Of a DNA stretch of 64,000 nt, positions 45,614-53,843 are shown piece after piece. Origin of the DNA: an uncultured Actinomycetes bacterium (GTDB lineage: Bacteria; Actinomycetota; Thermoleophilia; Solirubrobacterales; 70-9). The stretch is from positions 8,081 through 72,080 of the forward strand of contig CAWCBH010000005.1 of assembly GCA_963793785.1 (NCBI GenBank), in the 5' to 3' direction. The notes under the pieces were generated by a model. The model worked only from the letters and a program-made list of their open reading frames with translations, was not told the origin of the DNA and made no database searches. Every line of letters starts with the position of its first letter. Positions within the stretch are counted from its first letter, which is position 1. The position numbers and the translations under genes are program-made.

Positions 45614-46718
45614 ATGGCCTCCGACACGATCAGCTTCGCGCGCGGAGCACCCAGCGCCGACATCTTGCCCGCGGCCGCGGTTCGCGACGCGGCGGCGAGG
45701 GCGCTGGAAAGCGATTGGGAGAAGGCGCTCTCCTACGGCACCGGGATTGGCCACCCGGGGCTCTGCGAGTGGGTCGCGGATCGCCACGGGGGGCTGGATG
45801 CTGCCGCAGGTGATGGTCACCAACGGCTCGCTCGAGGCCGGCGCGATGCTGTTCGAGCGCCTGCTCGAGCCCGGCGACCGGGTCGTCGTCGAGCAGCCCT
45901 CCTACGACCGCACGCTGCTGCTGCTCGGCCGCCTCGGGGTCGAGTTCGTGCCGATTCCGCTGCAGGCCGACGGGCTCGACGTCGACGCGCTGGAGGCCGC
46001 CCTGGAGGCGGGCCCGGTGAAGCTCGCGCACGTGATCCCCAACTTCCACAACCCGGCCGGCTGCACGCTCTCGGCTGCCAAGCGCGAGCGGCTGCTGGCG
46101 CTGGCCGCCGAGCACGGCTTCTGGCTCTTCGAGGACGACCCCTACCGCGAGCTGCCCTTCGAGGAGGAGCCGCCGGCGACGATGCTCTCCCAGGACACGG
46201 CGGGGCGGGTCATCCATGCCTCCTCGTTCTCGAAGACGGTCAGCCCCGGCGTGCGGGTCGGCTACCTGGCCGGGCCCGAGGAGGAGATCAAGCACCTCGC
46301 CAAGCACGCCAACGAGCAATACATCTCCCCGAACATGCTGGCCGAGTCGATCGTCCTCGAGCTCTGTGTGTCCGGCGACCTCGACCGCAACATCGAGTTC
46401 GTCAAGGGGGCCTTGCGCGAGCGACGCGACGCCCTCGTCGAAGCCCTCGGCGAGCAGCTCCCCGAGGCCGAGTTCGTGGTCCCCGGCGGCGGTTACTTCC
46501 TCTGGCTGACCTTGCCCGGCCTTGCCGACAGCGAGGAGCTGCGCAAGGCGGCCTCCGAGGAGGGCGTCGGGTTCATCGCCGGCCCCGACTTCATGCTCGA
46601 GGGCGGCGAGTCGAGCCTGCGCCTCTCCTTCGCCAGCGTGCCGCCGGAGCGGATCGGCGAGGGCGTGGCGCGGATCGCCCGCTCGCTGCAGCGCTCCGGC
46701 GCTGCCTCCGCCGCGTAG
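45614..46718 (+). pseudogene. PLP-dependent aminotransferase (class I/II, LysN/MocR-type catalytic domain) with interrupted frame
   Basis: ATG 45614 gives MASDTISFARGAPSADILP...SYGTGIGHPGLCEWVADRHG, then nonsense. The +1 frame continues QVMVTNGSLEAGAMLFERLLEPGDRVVVEQPSYDRT...NFHNPAGCTL...EDDPYREL...SSFSKTVSPGVRVGY (PLP lysine) to the stop at 46718. Confidence 0.75.
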
Positions 46719-46833
46719 GGCAGCGGGTTCAGCTGACCGGACCGCCGTCGCCTTCACCAGCATTTCACTCCCGCTTTAGGGAGCTGCTCTACCTTGCCCG
46801 ACGGAGAGGGAAGAGCGAAAGAGGGGAGCGGGG

Positions 46834-47034
46834 ATGAGCCCGATGCAGTTGATCGACGGAAACGTTCGGCGCCAGGACCGGCTGGAGAGCGAGAGCGCCG
46901 CCGCCAATCGCAGGTTGACCGAGCTGGCGGCCGCGGTCCGCGACCACGAGCACGCGCTGCGGCGCAATCGCCCGTTCGCGCTTCGCGCCCCTGACGACGA
47001 GCTCTACCGCCGCCTGCGCCAGATCTGCGGCTAG
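46834..47034 (+). CDS. small hypothetical protein, paralog of 47257..47463
   Basis: 66 aa. It shares NRRLTELAAAVRDHEHAL and LYRRLRQIxG with the convergent 68-aa ORF. A purine-rich stretch GAGGGGAG precedes the ATG. Confidence 0.5.
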   Translation: MSPMQLIDGNVRRQDRLESESAAANRRLTELAAAVRDHEHALRRNRPFALRAPDDELYRRLRQICG

Positions 47035-47089
47035 GCACGACGCGGGTTGGTTAGCCCGCCCCGGTGGTCAGGGGAAGCGCCGCGATCGG

Positions 47090-47260
47090 TCAGCGGACGG
47101 GCCTTCGCTCGAGTCGGCGCCGCATCTGGGCGGCGAGGTGCTCTGCTGCCGGCAGCGATTGCCAGCTGAGGCAGTCCCCGCACTTGCGCCCGTAGCGGCG
47201 CGTCTTCGGATTCTCACGTGGACCGTCGAGCAGCGCGCCGCAGCGGGGGCACAGGCTCAT
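47090..47260 (-). CDS. small zinc-ribbon protein (CPRC...CGDC)
   Basis: 56 aa: MSLCPRCGALLDGPRENPKTRRYGRKCGDCLSW.... Its ATG overlaps the stop of the upstream small gene (ATGA), which suggests translational coupling. Confidence 0.5.
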   Translation of the reverse strand: MSLCPRCGALLDGPRENPKTRRYGRKCGDCLSWQSLPAAEHLAAQMRRRLERRPVR

Positions 47261-47463
47261 CTCCTGCCGCCGGAGATCTGGCGCAGGCGCCGGTAGAGAT
47301 GGATGTCGGCGTAGCGCATTGATTGGGGGCGCCCGGCCAGCGCCCGTTCGTGGTCGCGGATCGCCGCCGCAAGATCTGACAGTCGCCGCTCGCTCCGTCG
47401 CAGCCTCTGCGCCTCGATTGGTAGCTCCTCGGTCTTCGGTTCGCTTCCCGGTGCCGGGGGCAT
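47257..47463 (-). CDS. small hypothetical protein, paralog of 46834..47034
   Basis: 68 aa with a perfect SD, AAGGAGGTG, 4 nt before the ATG. Contains ERRLSDLAAAIRDHERAL...LYRRLRQISG. It lies 148 nt downstream of the DtxR-family gene on the same strand. Confidence 0.6.
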   Translation of the reverse strand: MPPAPGSEPKTEELPIEAQRLRRSERRLSDLAAAIRDHERALAGRPQSMRYADIHLYRRLRQISGGRR

Positions 47464-47473
47464 CGCCCACCTC

Positions 47474-47512
47474 CTTTAGCACTTTGTTGACTCAGAAAGT
47501 CAACTTTAGCAC
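47474..47512 (-). promoter_or_regulatory. composite repeat/palindrome upstream of the small-protein operon (candidate operator)
   Basis: On the + strand: CTTTAGCAC (47474-82), ttt, GTTGAC (47486-91), tcagaaa, GTCAAC (47499-504), overlapping a second CTTTAGCAC (47504-12). This is a 9-nt direct repeat flanking a 6-N7-6 inverted repeat. The promoter-proximal copy overlaps the SD. Confidence 0.45.
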
Positions 47513-47611
47513 CTCGACCGGTGCCCGACTTTGGCTTCGGTGTGGCGCGAAACTCGGCCTATAGCCGAAGAACTCGCCACTCCGCCGCCTGCGCCAGTTC
47601 TGGCTGATGCC

Positions 47612-48325
47612 TCAGCGCCCGTAGCGGTCGCTGGAGAGGACCAGCTGGTCGGGAAGCGCGGCCCGCGGCGGCGGCGAGGGATCGGCACGCACCGAGACCG
47701 TCTCGGCGACGCTGAGCGAAACCTCGTGCCGCCCCTCCGGTGAGGCGATCACGACGCTGTCTGTATCCGAGCTCTCGACCGTGCCCTCGAGACCGGGCCG
47801 CAGCCCCGCGTCCTTCAGGTAGTGCAGCAGCTCCTCGGCCTCGTTCTCGAACCGCAGCACGTGGACGCTGGCGCCGACCTCGACGTCGGCGAGCGGCACG
47901 CCCTGCTCGCGCGCCCCCTCCACGATCGGGTGCCCGTGCGGACAGGTCGTCGCGTCGCCGATCGCCGCCCGCATCCGCTCCTCGAGGACCGGGGACATCG
48001 CGTGCTCGAGCCGCTCCGCCTCCTCGTGCACCTCGTCCCAGGGGATCCCCAGCACGTCGGTGAGGAAGCGCTCGATCATCCGGTGGCGGCGAACGATCGC
48101 CTCGGCGTGCTGGTGGCCCTCCGCGGTGAAGGCCAGCGACTTGTCCCCGGCGCGGGTCACGTAGCCGTCCCGTTCCAGGCGCCCGATCATCTCGTGCACG
48201 GTCGGCTGCGAGAGCTGCATCGCGCGGGCGATGTTGGCGCCGGTGATCGGCAGGCCGGCCTCGATCAGCCAGAAGATGATCTGCAGGTACTCCTCCTCGG
48301 CTACCGTCGCCTGCTCGTGCGCCAA
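47612..48325 (-). CDS. DtxR/IdeR/MntR-family metal-dependent transcriptional regulator
   Basis: EEYLQIIFWLIEAG...ANIARAMQLSQPTVHEMIGRLERDGYV...RRHRMIERFL...LGIPWDEVHEEAERLEHAMS...CPHGHPI, followed by a C-terminal FeoA/SH3-like domain. TTG start. Confidence 0.9.
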   Translation of the reverse strand: MAHEQATVAEEEYLQIIFWLIEAGLPITGANIARAMQLSQPTVHEMIGRLERDGYVTRAGDKSLAFTAEGHQHAEAIVRRHRMIERFLTDVLGIPWDEVHEEAERLEHAMSPVLEERMRAAIGDATTCPHGHPIVEGAREQGVPLADVEVGASVHVLRFENEAEELLHYLKDAGLRPGLEGTVESSDTDSVVIASPEGRHEVSLSVAETVSVRADPSPPPRAALPDQLVLSSDRYGR

Positions 48326-48381
48326 CGTTTCCTTTCTGAACCGGACATTCGCGGCCTCAGAGCCGATCTTAGAGGGCGCCG

Positions 48382-49218
48382 TCAGCGCCGCTCGGCCAGG
48401 GTCGAGACGACCGCCTCGTAGACCCCCTCGCCCATCCGGTCCTCGGTGACGGTCACGTTCTCGCGCCCGGAGATCGCCGCCCGCAGGCCGGGGTCGCGCT
48501 CGGGGCCGTTGGCGACCACGAAGAAGCGCCCGACGGCCGAAGCGACCTCGAGGTCCTCGACCGAGTCGCCGACCGCGATGCAGTCGGCGGCGTCATAGCC
48601 CCGGGCGCGCATGTGCGCCGCGACGGCGCCCGCCTTGCTGACCGCGCGCGGGACCAGGTGGTAGGCGTGGGTGACCTCGATCCCCGGCATCGGCCGGCCG
48701 ATCGCCCCGTTGTCGAGCAGGCGCAGGTCTTCGTGGCCCTGATCAGCAAGCAGCGAGTTGGCCTCGGCGACGTCGACCTTGCCGCGAAACAGATGCGAGA
48801 GCACCCTGCCGGTGTGCCACGGAGAGTGGTACTCGAGCCGGCCCTCGAAGCGCTCGAAGAGCAGTGCCGGGATCCCGCGCCGTTCGATCTGCTCGTAGAT
48901 CGTCCCCTCCGCCTCGCTCGGGGTGAGGTCCCCTGTCAGCAGCGTCGCCTCGCCCTCGATCACATAGGCGCAGCCCGCCTCGTAGATGTAGGACCGCTGC
49001 CCGATCAGCCGGGCGTCCTCGTGCACCTGCGGCTCCCGCCGGCCGGACATGATCACCACCTCGACGTCGGCGCGGTGGCAGGCCTCCAGCGCCCGCGCCG
49101 GCATCAGCGAGAAGCCGCCCTCGGCGTCGCGGAACAGCGATCCGCCCGGCCCGAGCAGGGTGCCGTCGAGGTCGGTGTAGACGCAGCGCAGGGGCAAGGG
49201 GCCGCTACGGTAAATCAA
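48382..49218 (-). CDS. HAD-IIB (Cof/sugar-phosphatase-like) hydrolase
   Basis: CVYTDLDGTLLG (motif I), MSGR, SKAGAV, and AVGDSVEDLEVA (motif IV). The start is TTG 49218 or, more typically for the family, TTG 49197 (MPLRCVYTDLDGT). Confidence 0.8.
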   Translation of the reverse strand: MIYRSGPLPLRCVYTDLDGTLLGPGGSLFRDAEGGFSLMPARALEACHRADVEVVIMSGRREPQVHEDARLIGQRSYIYEAGCAYVIEGEATLLTGDLTPSEAEGTIYEQIERRGIPALLFERFEGRLEYHSPWHTGRVLSHLFRGKVDVAEANSLLADQGHEDLRLLDNGAIGRPMPGIEVTHAYHLVPRAVSKAGAVAAHMRARGYDAADCIAVGDSVEDLEVASAVGRFFVVANGPERDPGLRAAISGRENVTVTEDRMGEGVYEAVVSTLAERR

Positions 49219-50078
49219 TGTCGCCGCACTGGAGGCTCAGCGACCGCGAGCTTGCCCTCGAGCAGCCGTTTGCGGTCGGGATCGTCAACGTGACCGGCGA
49301 TTCGATGTTCGAGGGCGCCCGCAGCGGCACCCCCGAGCGGGCGGTCACCGACGGCGAGGCGATGGCCGCCGCCGGCTTCGAGATGCTCGACATCGGCGCT
49401 GTCGCGGCCCGCAGTGGCCCGCCGGTCGCGGTCGAGGAGGAGATCGCGGCGCTGGTCCCGACCCTGGAGGGACTCGCAGGCTGTGGGCTGCCGCTCTCCG
49501 CCGACACCTTTTCGCCCGCCGTTGGTGCGGCGGCGCTCGACGCCGGCGCGGTGGCGATCAACGACATCGGCGGCGGCTCCGCGGAGATGCTCGATCTGGT
49601 CGCAAGCTCGGGTTGCGGATACGTCCTCATGCACATCGAGGGACCGCCGCGGGTCGATCGCCCGACACCCGGCTACGGCGACGTGGTCGAGCACCTGAAG
49701 CGCTGGTTCGGCGAGCGGTTGGAAGCGGCGACCGCGCGCGGAGTCGCCGAGGACCAGATCGCCCTCGACCCGGGGCTGGACTTCGACCTCAGCGTCGATG
49801 ACGACCTCGAGATCCTGCGCCGCCTCGGAGAGCTCCACGATCTCGGGCGCCCGCTCTACGTCTCGCTGTCGCGCAAGGACTTCATCGGCGCGGTCCTCGG
49901 CGGGTCGTGGGACGAGCGGCTCCCCGCGGCCGAGCGCGAGTGGGGGACCGCCGCCGCCGCTTCGCTGGCGGTCGCCGCCGGCGCCCAGGTCCTCCGCCTC
50001 CACGATCGCAGCGCGCTGCAGGCGGTCCGGGTCGCGGGCGCGATCGTCCACGGGGCGCCCGCCGGCGCGGTCGCCTGA
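49218..50078 (+). CDS. folP: dihydropteroate synthase family protein
   Basis: VGIVNVTGDSMFEG...LDIGAVAARSG...SADTF...AINDIGG...VLMH...IALDPGLDF...VSLSRKDFIG...VLRLHD. The N-terminal substrate loop (GDSMFEGA instead of PDSFSDGG) is atypical. Confidence 0.8.
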   Translation: MSPHWRLSDRELALEQPFAVGIVNVTGDSMFEGARSGTPERAVTDGEAMAAAGFEMLDIGAVAARSGPPVAVEEEIAALVPTLEGLAGCGLPLSADTFSPAVGAAALDAGAVAINDIGGGSAEMLDLVASSGCGYVLMHIEGPPRVDRPTPGYGDVVEHLKRWFGERLEAATARGVAEDQIALDPGLDFDLSVDDDLEILRRLGELHDLGRPLYVSLSRKDFIGAVLGGSWDERLPAAEREWGTAAAASLAVAAGAQVLRLHDRSALQAVRVAGAIVHGAPAGAVA

Positions 50079-52357
50079 TGGAAGCTGCTCGCAGCCTCCT
50101 CACGACCCCATGGGCGATCCCCCTCGACCCTGCCCGCCGCGACGGCCGCATCGTCGCCGAGAGCGCCGAGGCGGAGGTGGCGCCGCGCCGGGTGGCGCTG
50201 CCGCGCTCGCTGGACTCCGGCTTCGTGAGCGCGCTGCGGGCGGCCGGGATCGAGCGGCTCTACTCGCACCAGAAGCAGGCGCTGGCGGCGGCTCGGGACT
50301 CGGACCTTGTCATCACCAGCGGCACCGCCAGCGGCAAGTCGCTGGCCTTCAACCTGCCGGTGCTCGACGCGATCGCCCGTGATCCGAAGACCCGCGCGCT
50401 CTACCTCTACCCGACCAAGGCGCTGGCCCAGGACCAGGCTCGAAAGCTCTTCCAGCTGCGGCCGCCGGGCCTGCGGGAGGCGATCTACGACGGCGACACC
50501 CCGCGCGAGGAGCGCCCGGCGATCCGGCGTCGCTCCAACCTCGTCCTCACCAACCCCGACCTCCTGCACGTCGGCCTGCTCCCCCACCACCGGCAATGGG
50601 GCGACTTCCTCGCCAACCTCGACTGGGTCGTCGTCGACGAGGCGCACACCTACCGCGGCGTCTTCGGCTCCCACGTCGCCAACGTCCTGCGCCGCCTGCG
50701 GCGGGTCGCGCGCGCCTACGGGTCCGAGCCTCGCTTCCTGCTCGCCTCGGCGACGATCGCCAACCCGCTCGAGCTGGCGGGGCGGCTGGTCGGCACCTCC
50801 TTCGAGCTGATCGACGACGACGGCGCTCCCCGGGCCGGGCGCGAGATCGCGATCTGGAACCCGCCACTGGTCGACGAGGCAACCGGGACTCGACGCTCGC
50901 CGCTCGGTGAGGCGGCGGAGCTGCTCGCCGACCTCGTCTCCCACGGGGTGCGGACGATCTGCTTCCTGCGCAGCCGCCGCGGCATCGAGCTGATCCAGCG
51001 CTTCGCGCGCGACAACCTGCGCCAGCGGGGCAGCCCGGAGCTGGCGGATCGCATCGCTCCCTACCGGGCCGGCTACACGCCTCAGCAGCGGCGCGAGATC
51101 GAGGCCCGACTCGCCGACGGCGAGCTGCTGGGGGTCGTGGCGACCAACGCGCTGGAGCTGGGGATCGACATCGGCGAGCTGGATGCGGCGATCTGCGTCA
51201 CCTTCCCCGGCACGGTCGCCAGCCTGCGGCAGATGTGGGGACGGGCGGGTCGCCGGCAACGGGGCCTGGCGGTCTACGTCGCCGGGGCTGACGCACTGGA
51301 CCAGTTCTTCTGCCGCCACCCCGAGGAGTTCATTGGCCGCCCGGTCGAGGCGGCGATCCTGGACCACACCTCGGAGCAGATCTCAGCCGCGCACCTGGTC
51401 GCCGCGGCCTACGAGCTGCCGCTCACAGACGAAGACGAGGAGCTCTTCGGCGCGGGCTACCGCGAGCGTGCCGAGGGCCTCGTCGCGAGGGGCGAGCTGC
51501 GCCGCGGGGGCAGCAAGCTGCTGCCGCGCCGAAGCGGCTTCGTCGCCTCCGGAATCGCCTTGCGCTCGGCCTCGACCGACGCGGTGGCGGTGATCGAGCG
51601 CCAGTCGGGGGAGATGCTCGGCCTGGTCGAGGCCGAGCGCGCTTTCACGACCGTCCATCCAGGGGCCGTCTATCTGCACCTCGGCCGCTCCTACGAGGTG
51701 CAGGCGCTCGACGTCGACGGCCGCCGGGCGATCGTCGAGCCCTTCGACGACGACTGGTTCACCCGCCCCCGCAAGGAGACCGAGATCTACATCGACCGCA
51801 TCGACGAGCGCCGCGAGGTCGCCGGCGTCGAGCTGCACTTCGGAACGGTCTCCGTCAGCGAGCAGGTGATCGCCTACCAGCGGGTCTCGATCGCCGACCA
51901 GGAGCCGTTCGACATCGTCTCCCTGGAGCTGCCCGAGCAGAGCTTTCGCACCCAGGCCCTCTGGTACGTGCTCCCCGACTCGCTCACCGGGGCGCTGCCG
52001 ATCGAGGTGCTGCTGGGGGCGCTGCACGCCACCGAGCACGGGCAGATCGCCGTGCTGCCGCTGATCGCGATGTGCGACCGCTGGGACATCGGCGGCCTCT
52101 CGACCAACGTCCACTTCCAGACCGGGCAGGCGACGATCTTCATCTACGACGGCCATCCGGGCGGGGTCGGGATCACCCTCCGTGGCTACGAGGAGTTCGA
52201 GCGGCTGCTGGCCGACGCGCGCCGGCTGATCGGCGAATGTCCCTGCGACTCCGGCTGCCCCTCCTGCGTCCAGTCGCCGAAGTGCGGCAACCTCAACGAG
52301 CCGCTGCACAAGCAGGGGGCGCTGGAGCTGATGGCGACGATGGCCGATGCCGGATAG
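50078..52357 (+). CDS. DEXH-box helicase with C-terminal DUF1998/MZB zinc domain (MrfA/YprA/SftH-like)
   Basis: The ATG overlaps the folP stop (TGATG). LYSHQKQAL...ITSGTASGKSLAFNLPVL...YLYPTKALAQDQ...VVVDEAHTYRGVFGSHVA...SAT...ATNALELGIDIG...QMWGRAGRR. The C-terminal motifs are HATEH...GG and CPCDSGCPSCVQSPKCGNLNEPLHK. Confidence 0.9.
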   Translation: MEAARSLLTTPWAIPLDPARRDGRIVAESAEAEVAPRRVALPRSLDSGFVSALRAAGIERLYSHQKQALAAARDSDLVITSGTASGKSLAFNLPVLDAIARDPKTRALYLYPTKALAQDQARKLFQLRPPGLREAIYDGDTPREERPAIRRRSNLVLTNPDLLHVGLLPHHRQWGDFLANLDWVVVDEAHTYRGVFGSHVANVLRRLRRVARAYGSEPRFLLASATIANPLELAGRLVGTSFELIDDDGAPRAGREIAIWNPPLVDEATGTRRSPLGEAAELLADLVSHGVRTICFLRSRRGIELIQRFARDNLRQRGSPELADRIAPYRAGYTPQQRREIEARLADGELLGVVATNALELGIDIGELDAAICVTFPGTVASLRQMWGRAGRRQRGLAVYVAGADALDQFFCRHPEEFIGRPVEAAILDHTSEQISAAHLVAAAYELPLTDEDEELFGAGYRERAEGLVARGELRRGGSKLLPRRSGFVASGIALRSASTDAVAVIERQSGEMLGLVEAERAFTTVHPGAVYLHLGRSYEVQALDVDGRRAIVEPFDDDWFTRPRKETEIYIDRIDERREVAGVELHFGTVSVSEQVIAYQRVSIADQEPFDIVSLELPEQSFRTQALWYVLPDSLTGALPIEVLLGALHATEHGQIAVLPLIAMCDRWDIGGLSTNVHFQTGQATIFIYDGHPGGVGITLRGYEEFERLLADARRLIGECPCDSGCPSCVQSPKCGNLNEPLHKQGALELMATMADAG

Positions 52358-52838
52358 CGCCGTACAGATCTCCGTCATCGGCTCCGGGACCTGTGAGGAG
52401 GGCTCGCAGGCCTGGGCGCTGGCCGAGGAGGCCGGGCGCCGGCTCGCCGAGACCGGCGCGGTGGTCGTCTGCGGCGGGCTTGGCGGCGTCATGGCGGCCG
52501 CCTCGCGGGGCGCCGCGGGCGCCGGCGGCGTCGTGATCGGGATCGTCCCCGGCGACTCGACCGAGCACGCCAATCCCCACTGCACCCATGTCGTGGCGAC
52601 GAGCATCGGGCCGGCCCGCAACCTCGCCGTCGTCAGCTCCGGCCAGGCCGTGATCGCGGTCGGCGGAGAGTGGGGAACGCTGTCGGAGATCGGCTTCGCG
52701 CGCCGCCTCGGCCGGACGGTGGTGGCGCTGCGAAGCTGGCGGCCGGTCGGCGAGGGGGCGATGGCCGAGGCACCGGGGATCGTCTACGCCGATACGGCGC
52801 CGGAGGCGGTTGGACTGGCGCTCGACGCGGCCGGCTAG
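52347..52838 (+). CDS. TIGR00725/LOG-like (SLOG superfamily) Rossmann protein
   Basis: ISVIGSGT...VVVCGGLGGVMAAASRGA...GGVVIGIVPG...AVIAVGGEWGTLSEIGFA, the PGGxGTxxE-like motif. It overlaps the helicase gene by 11 nt. Confidence 0.75.
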   Translation: MPDSAVQISVIGSGTCEEGSQAWALAEEAGRRLAETGAVVVCGGLGGVMAAASRGAAGAGGVVIGIVPGDSTEHANPHCTHVVATSIGPARNLAVVSSGQAVIAVGGEWGTLSEIGFARRLGRTVVALRSWRPVGEGAMAEAPGIVYADTAPEAVGLALDAAG

Positions 52839-53833
52839 CGCGGGCTGAGGATCGTCGCGCGCAGCTCGTCTTCGCTGACCGAGGCCCGGGCGGCGAACGG
52901 GGCCAGAGCGATGATCGCGTCGCGAAACTCGTTCCCGGCAGCTCGACGGGCGCCGACGATGCGGCGGGCCTCGGTCTCGTCGATCTCGGCGTCGCCCAGC
53001 TCGGCGGCCGGGACGATCTCGTCGGGCTCGACCTTGGCGACGACGTCGATCCGTAGGTGCGCGACACCGGGCGTGACCGCGATCCCCGCCTCCTTCGTCG
53101 AGCTCAGAAACGACGAGTCGACCTCGAGCAGACCTGGGTCGGCGGCGATTAGCGCGGCCGGGGTGGCGTAGGCCACCAGCGGCGCCGCGGGCAGGTCCGC
53201 GAGCGCTGCCGAGACCTGGTCCTCGTCGAGCTGATCGTCCTGGTCGGCGTCGCGAAGGGCGATCGCCGCCTGCAGCGAGGGCAGGTCGGGGGAGACGACA
53301 ACGACTCCGTCGCGGATCGCAAGCGCGGCCTGTCGGTCGCTGAACACCCTGGCGCTGTCGACCTCCTCGCCCTCGGTCATGCCGGCGGCGGTTGCGGCGG
53401 CCTCGGCTTTGGCCTCCATCTCCTCGACCTGCTCGCTGACGAGGATCATCAGGGTCTCGCTTCCGCCGCCGCCAGGGGCGACTCCGTAAGCGGCCTGCGA
53501 GGCGCTGATGCCGTCCTCGGGCTCCTCGTCGGTCAGCAGGGGGGCCAGGCGCCCGAGCTCGAGCCCGGACTCCCGCACGAAGGCGCCGCCGCCGGCGGCG
53601 AAGGCGTTCAGCGCCGGTAGGTCGTCGAGCGCGCGCAGGTTGCGGGAGATCTCAGGGCCGCTCTGGGTGCTGGTGTCGAGGAAGGCCAGGAAGGGCTGAT
53701 CGGCGGGGAAGAAGTGGATCGCCTCGGTTCGGGCGTCGACCGCACGCTTGGGCTCGGTCTCCTCGGAGCCGCCGCAGGCGGTCAGGAGCAGGACCGAGAC
53801 GGCGATCGAGGCGAGCGGAGCCGCTTTCGGCAT
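52835..53833 (-). CDS. putative lipoprotein, function unknown
   Basis: MPKAAPLASIAVSVLLLTACGGSE is a lipobox (LLTAC). The acidic mature domain has high GC3. Its stop shares CTAG with the convergent upstream gene. The rest of the 872-aa ORF upstream of ATG 53833 is not part of this protein. Confidence 0.7.
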   Translation of the reverse strand: MPKAAPLASIAVSVLLLTACGGSEETEPKRAVDARTEAIHFFPADQPFLAFLDTSTQSGPEISRNLRALDDLPALNAFAAGGGAFVRESGLELGRLAPLLTDEEPEDGISASQAAYGVAPGGGGSETLMILVSEQVEEMEAKAEAAATAAGMTEGEEVDSARVFSDRQAALAIRDGVVVVSPDLPSLQAAIALRDADQDDQLDEDQVSAALADLPAAPLVAYATPAALIAADPGLLEVDSSFLSSTKEAGIAVTPGVAHLRIDVVAKVEPDEIVPAAELGDAEIDETEARRIVGARRAAGNEFRDAIIALAPFAARASVSEDELRATILSPR

Positions 53834-53843
53834 CTTCTGAACG

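Noticed and set aside
47464-47611. A canonical IdeR/DtxR iron box in the spacer downstream of the DtxR-family gene.
   Set aside because: The repeat element contains TTAGCAC half-site-like strings, but I could not align it to the 19-bp TTAGGTTAGGCTAACCTAA consensus without many mismatches. It is reported only as an uncharacterised operator-like element.
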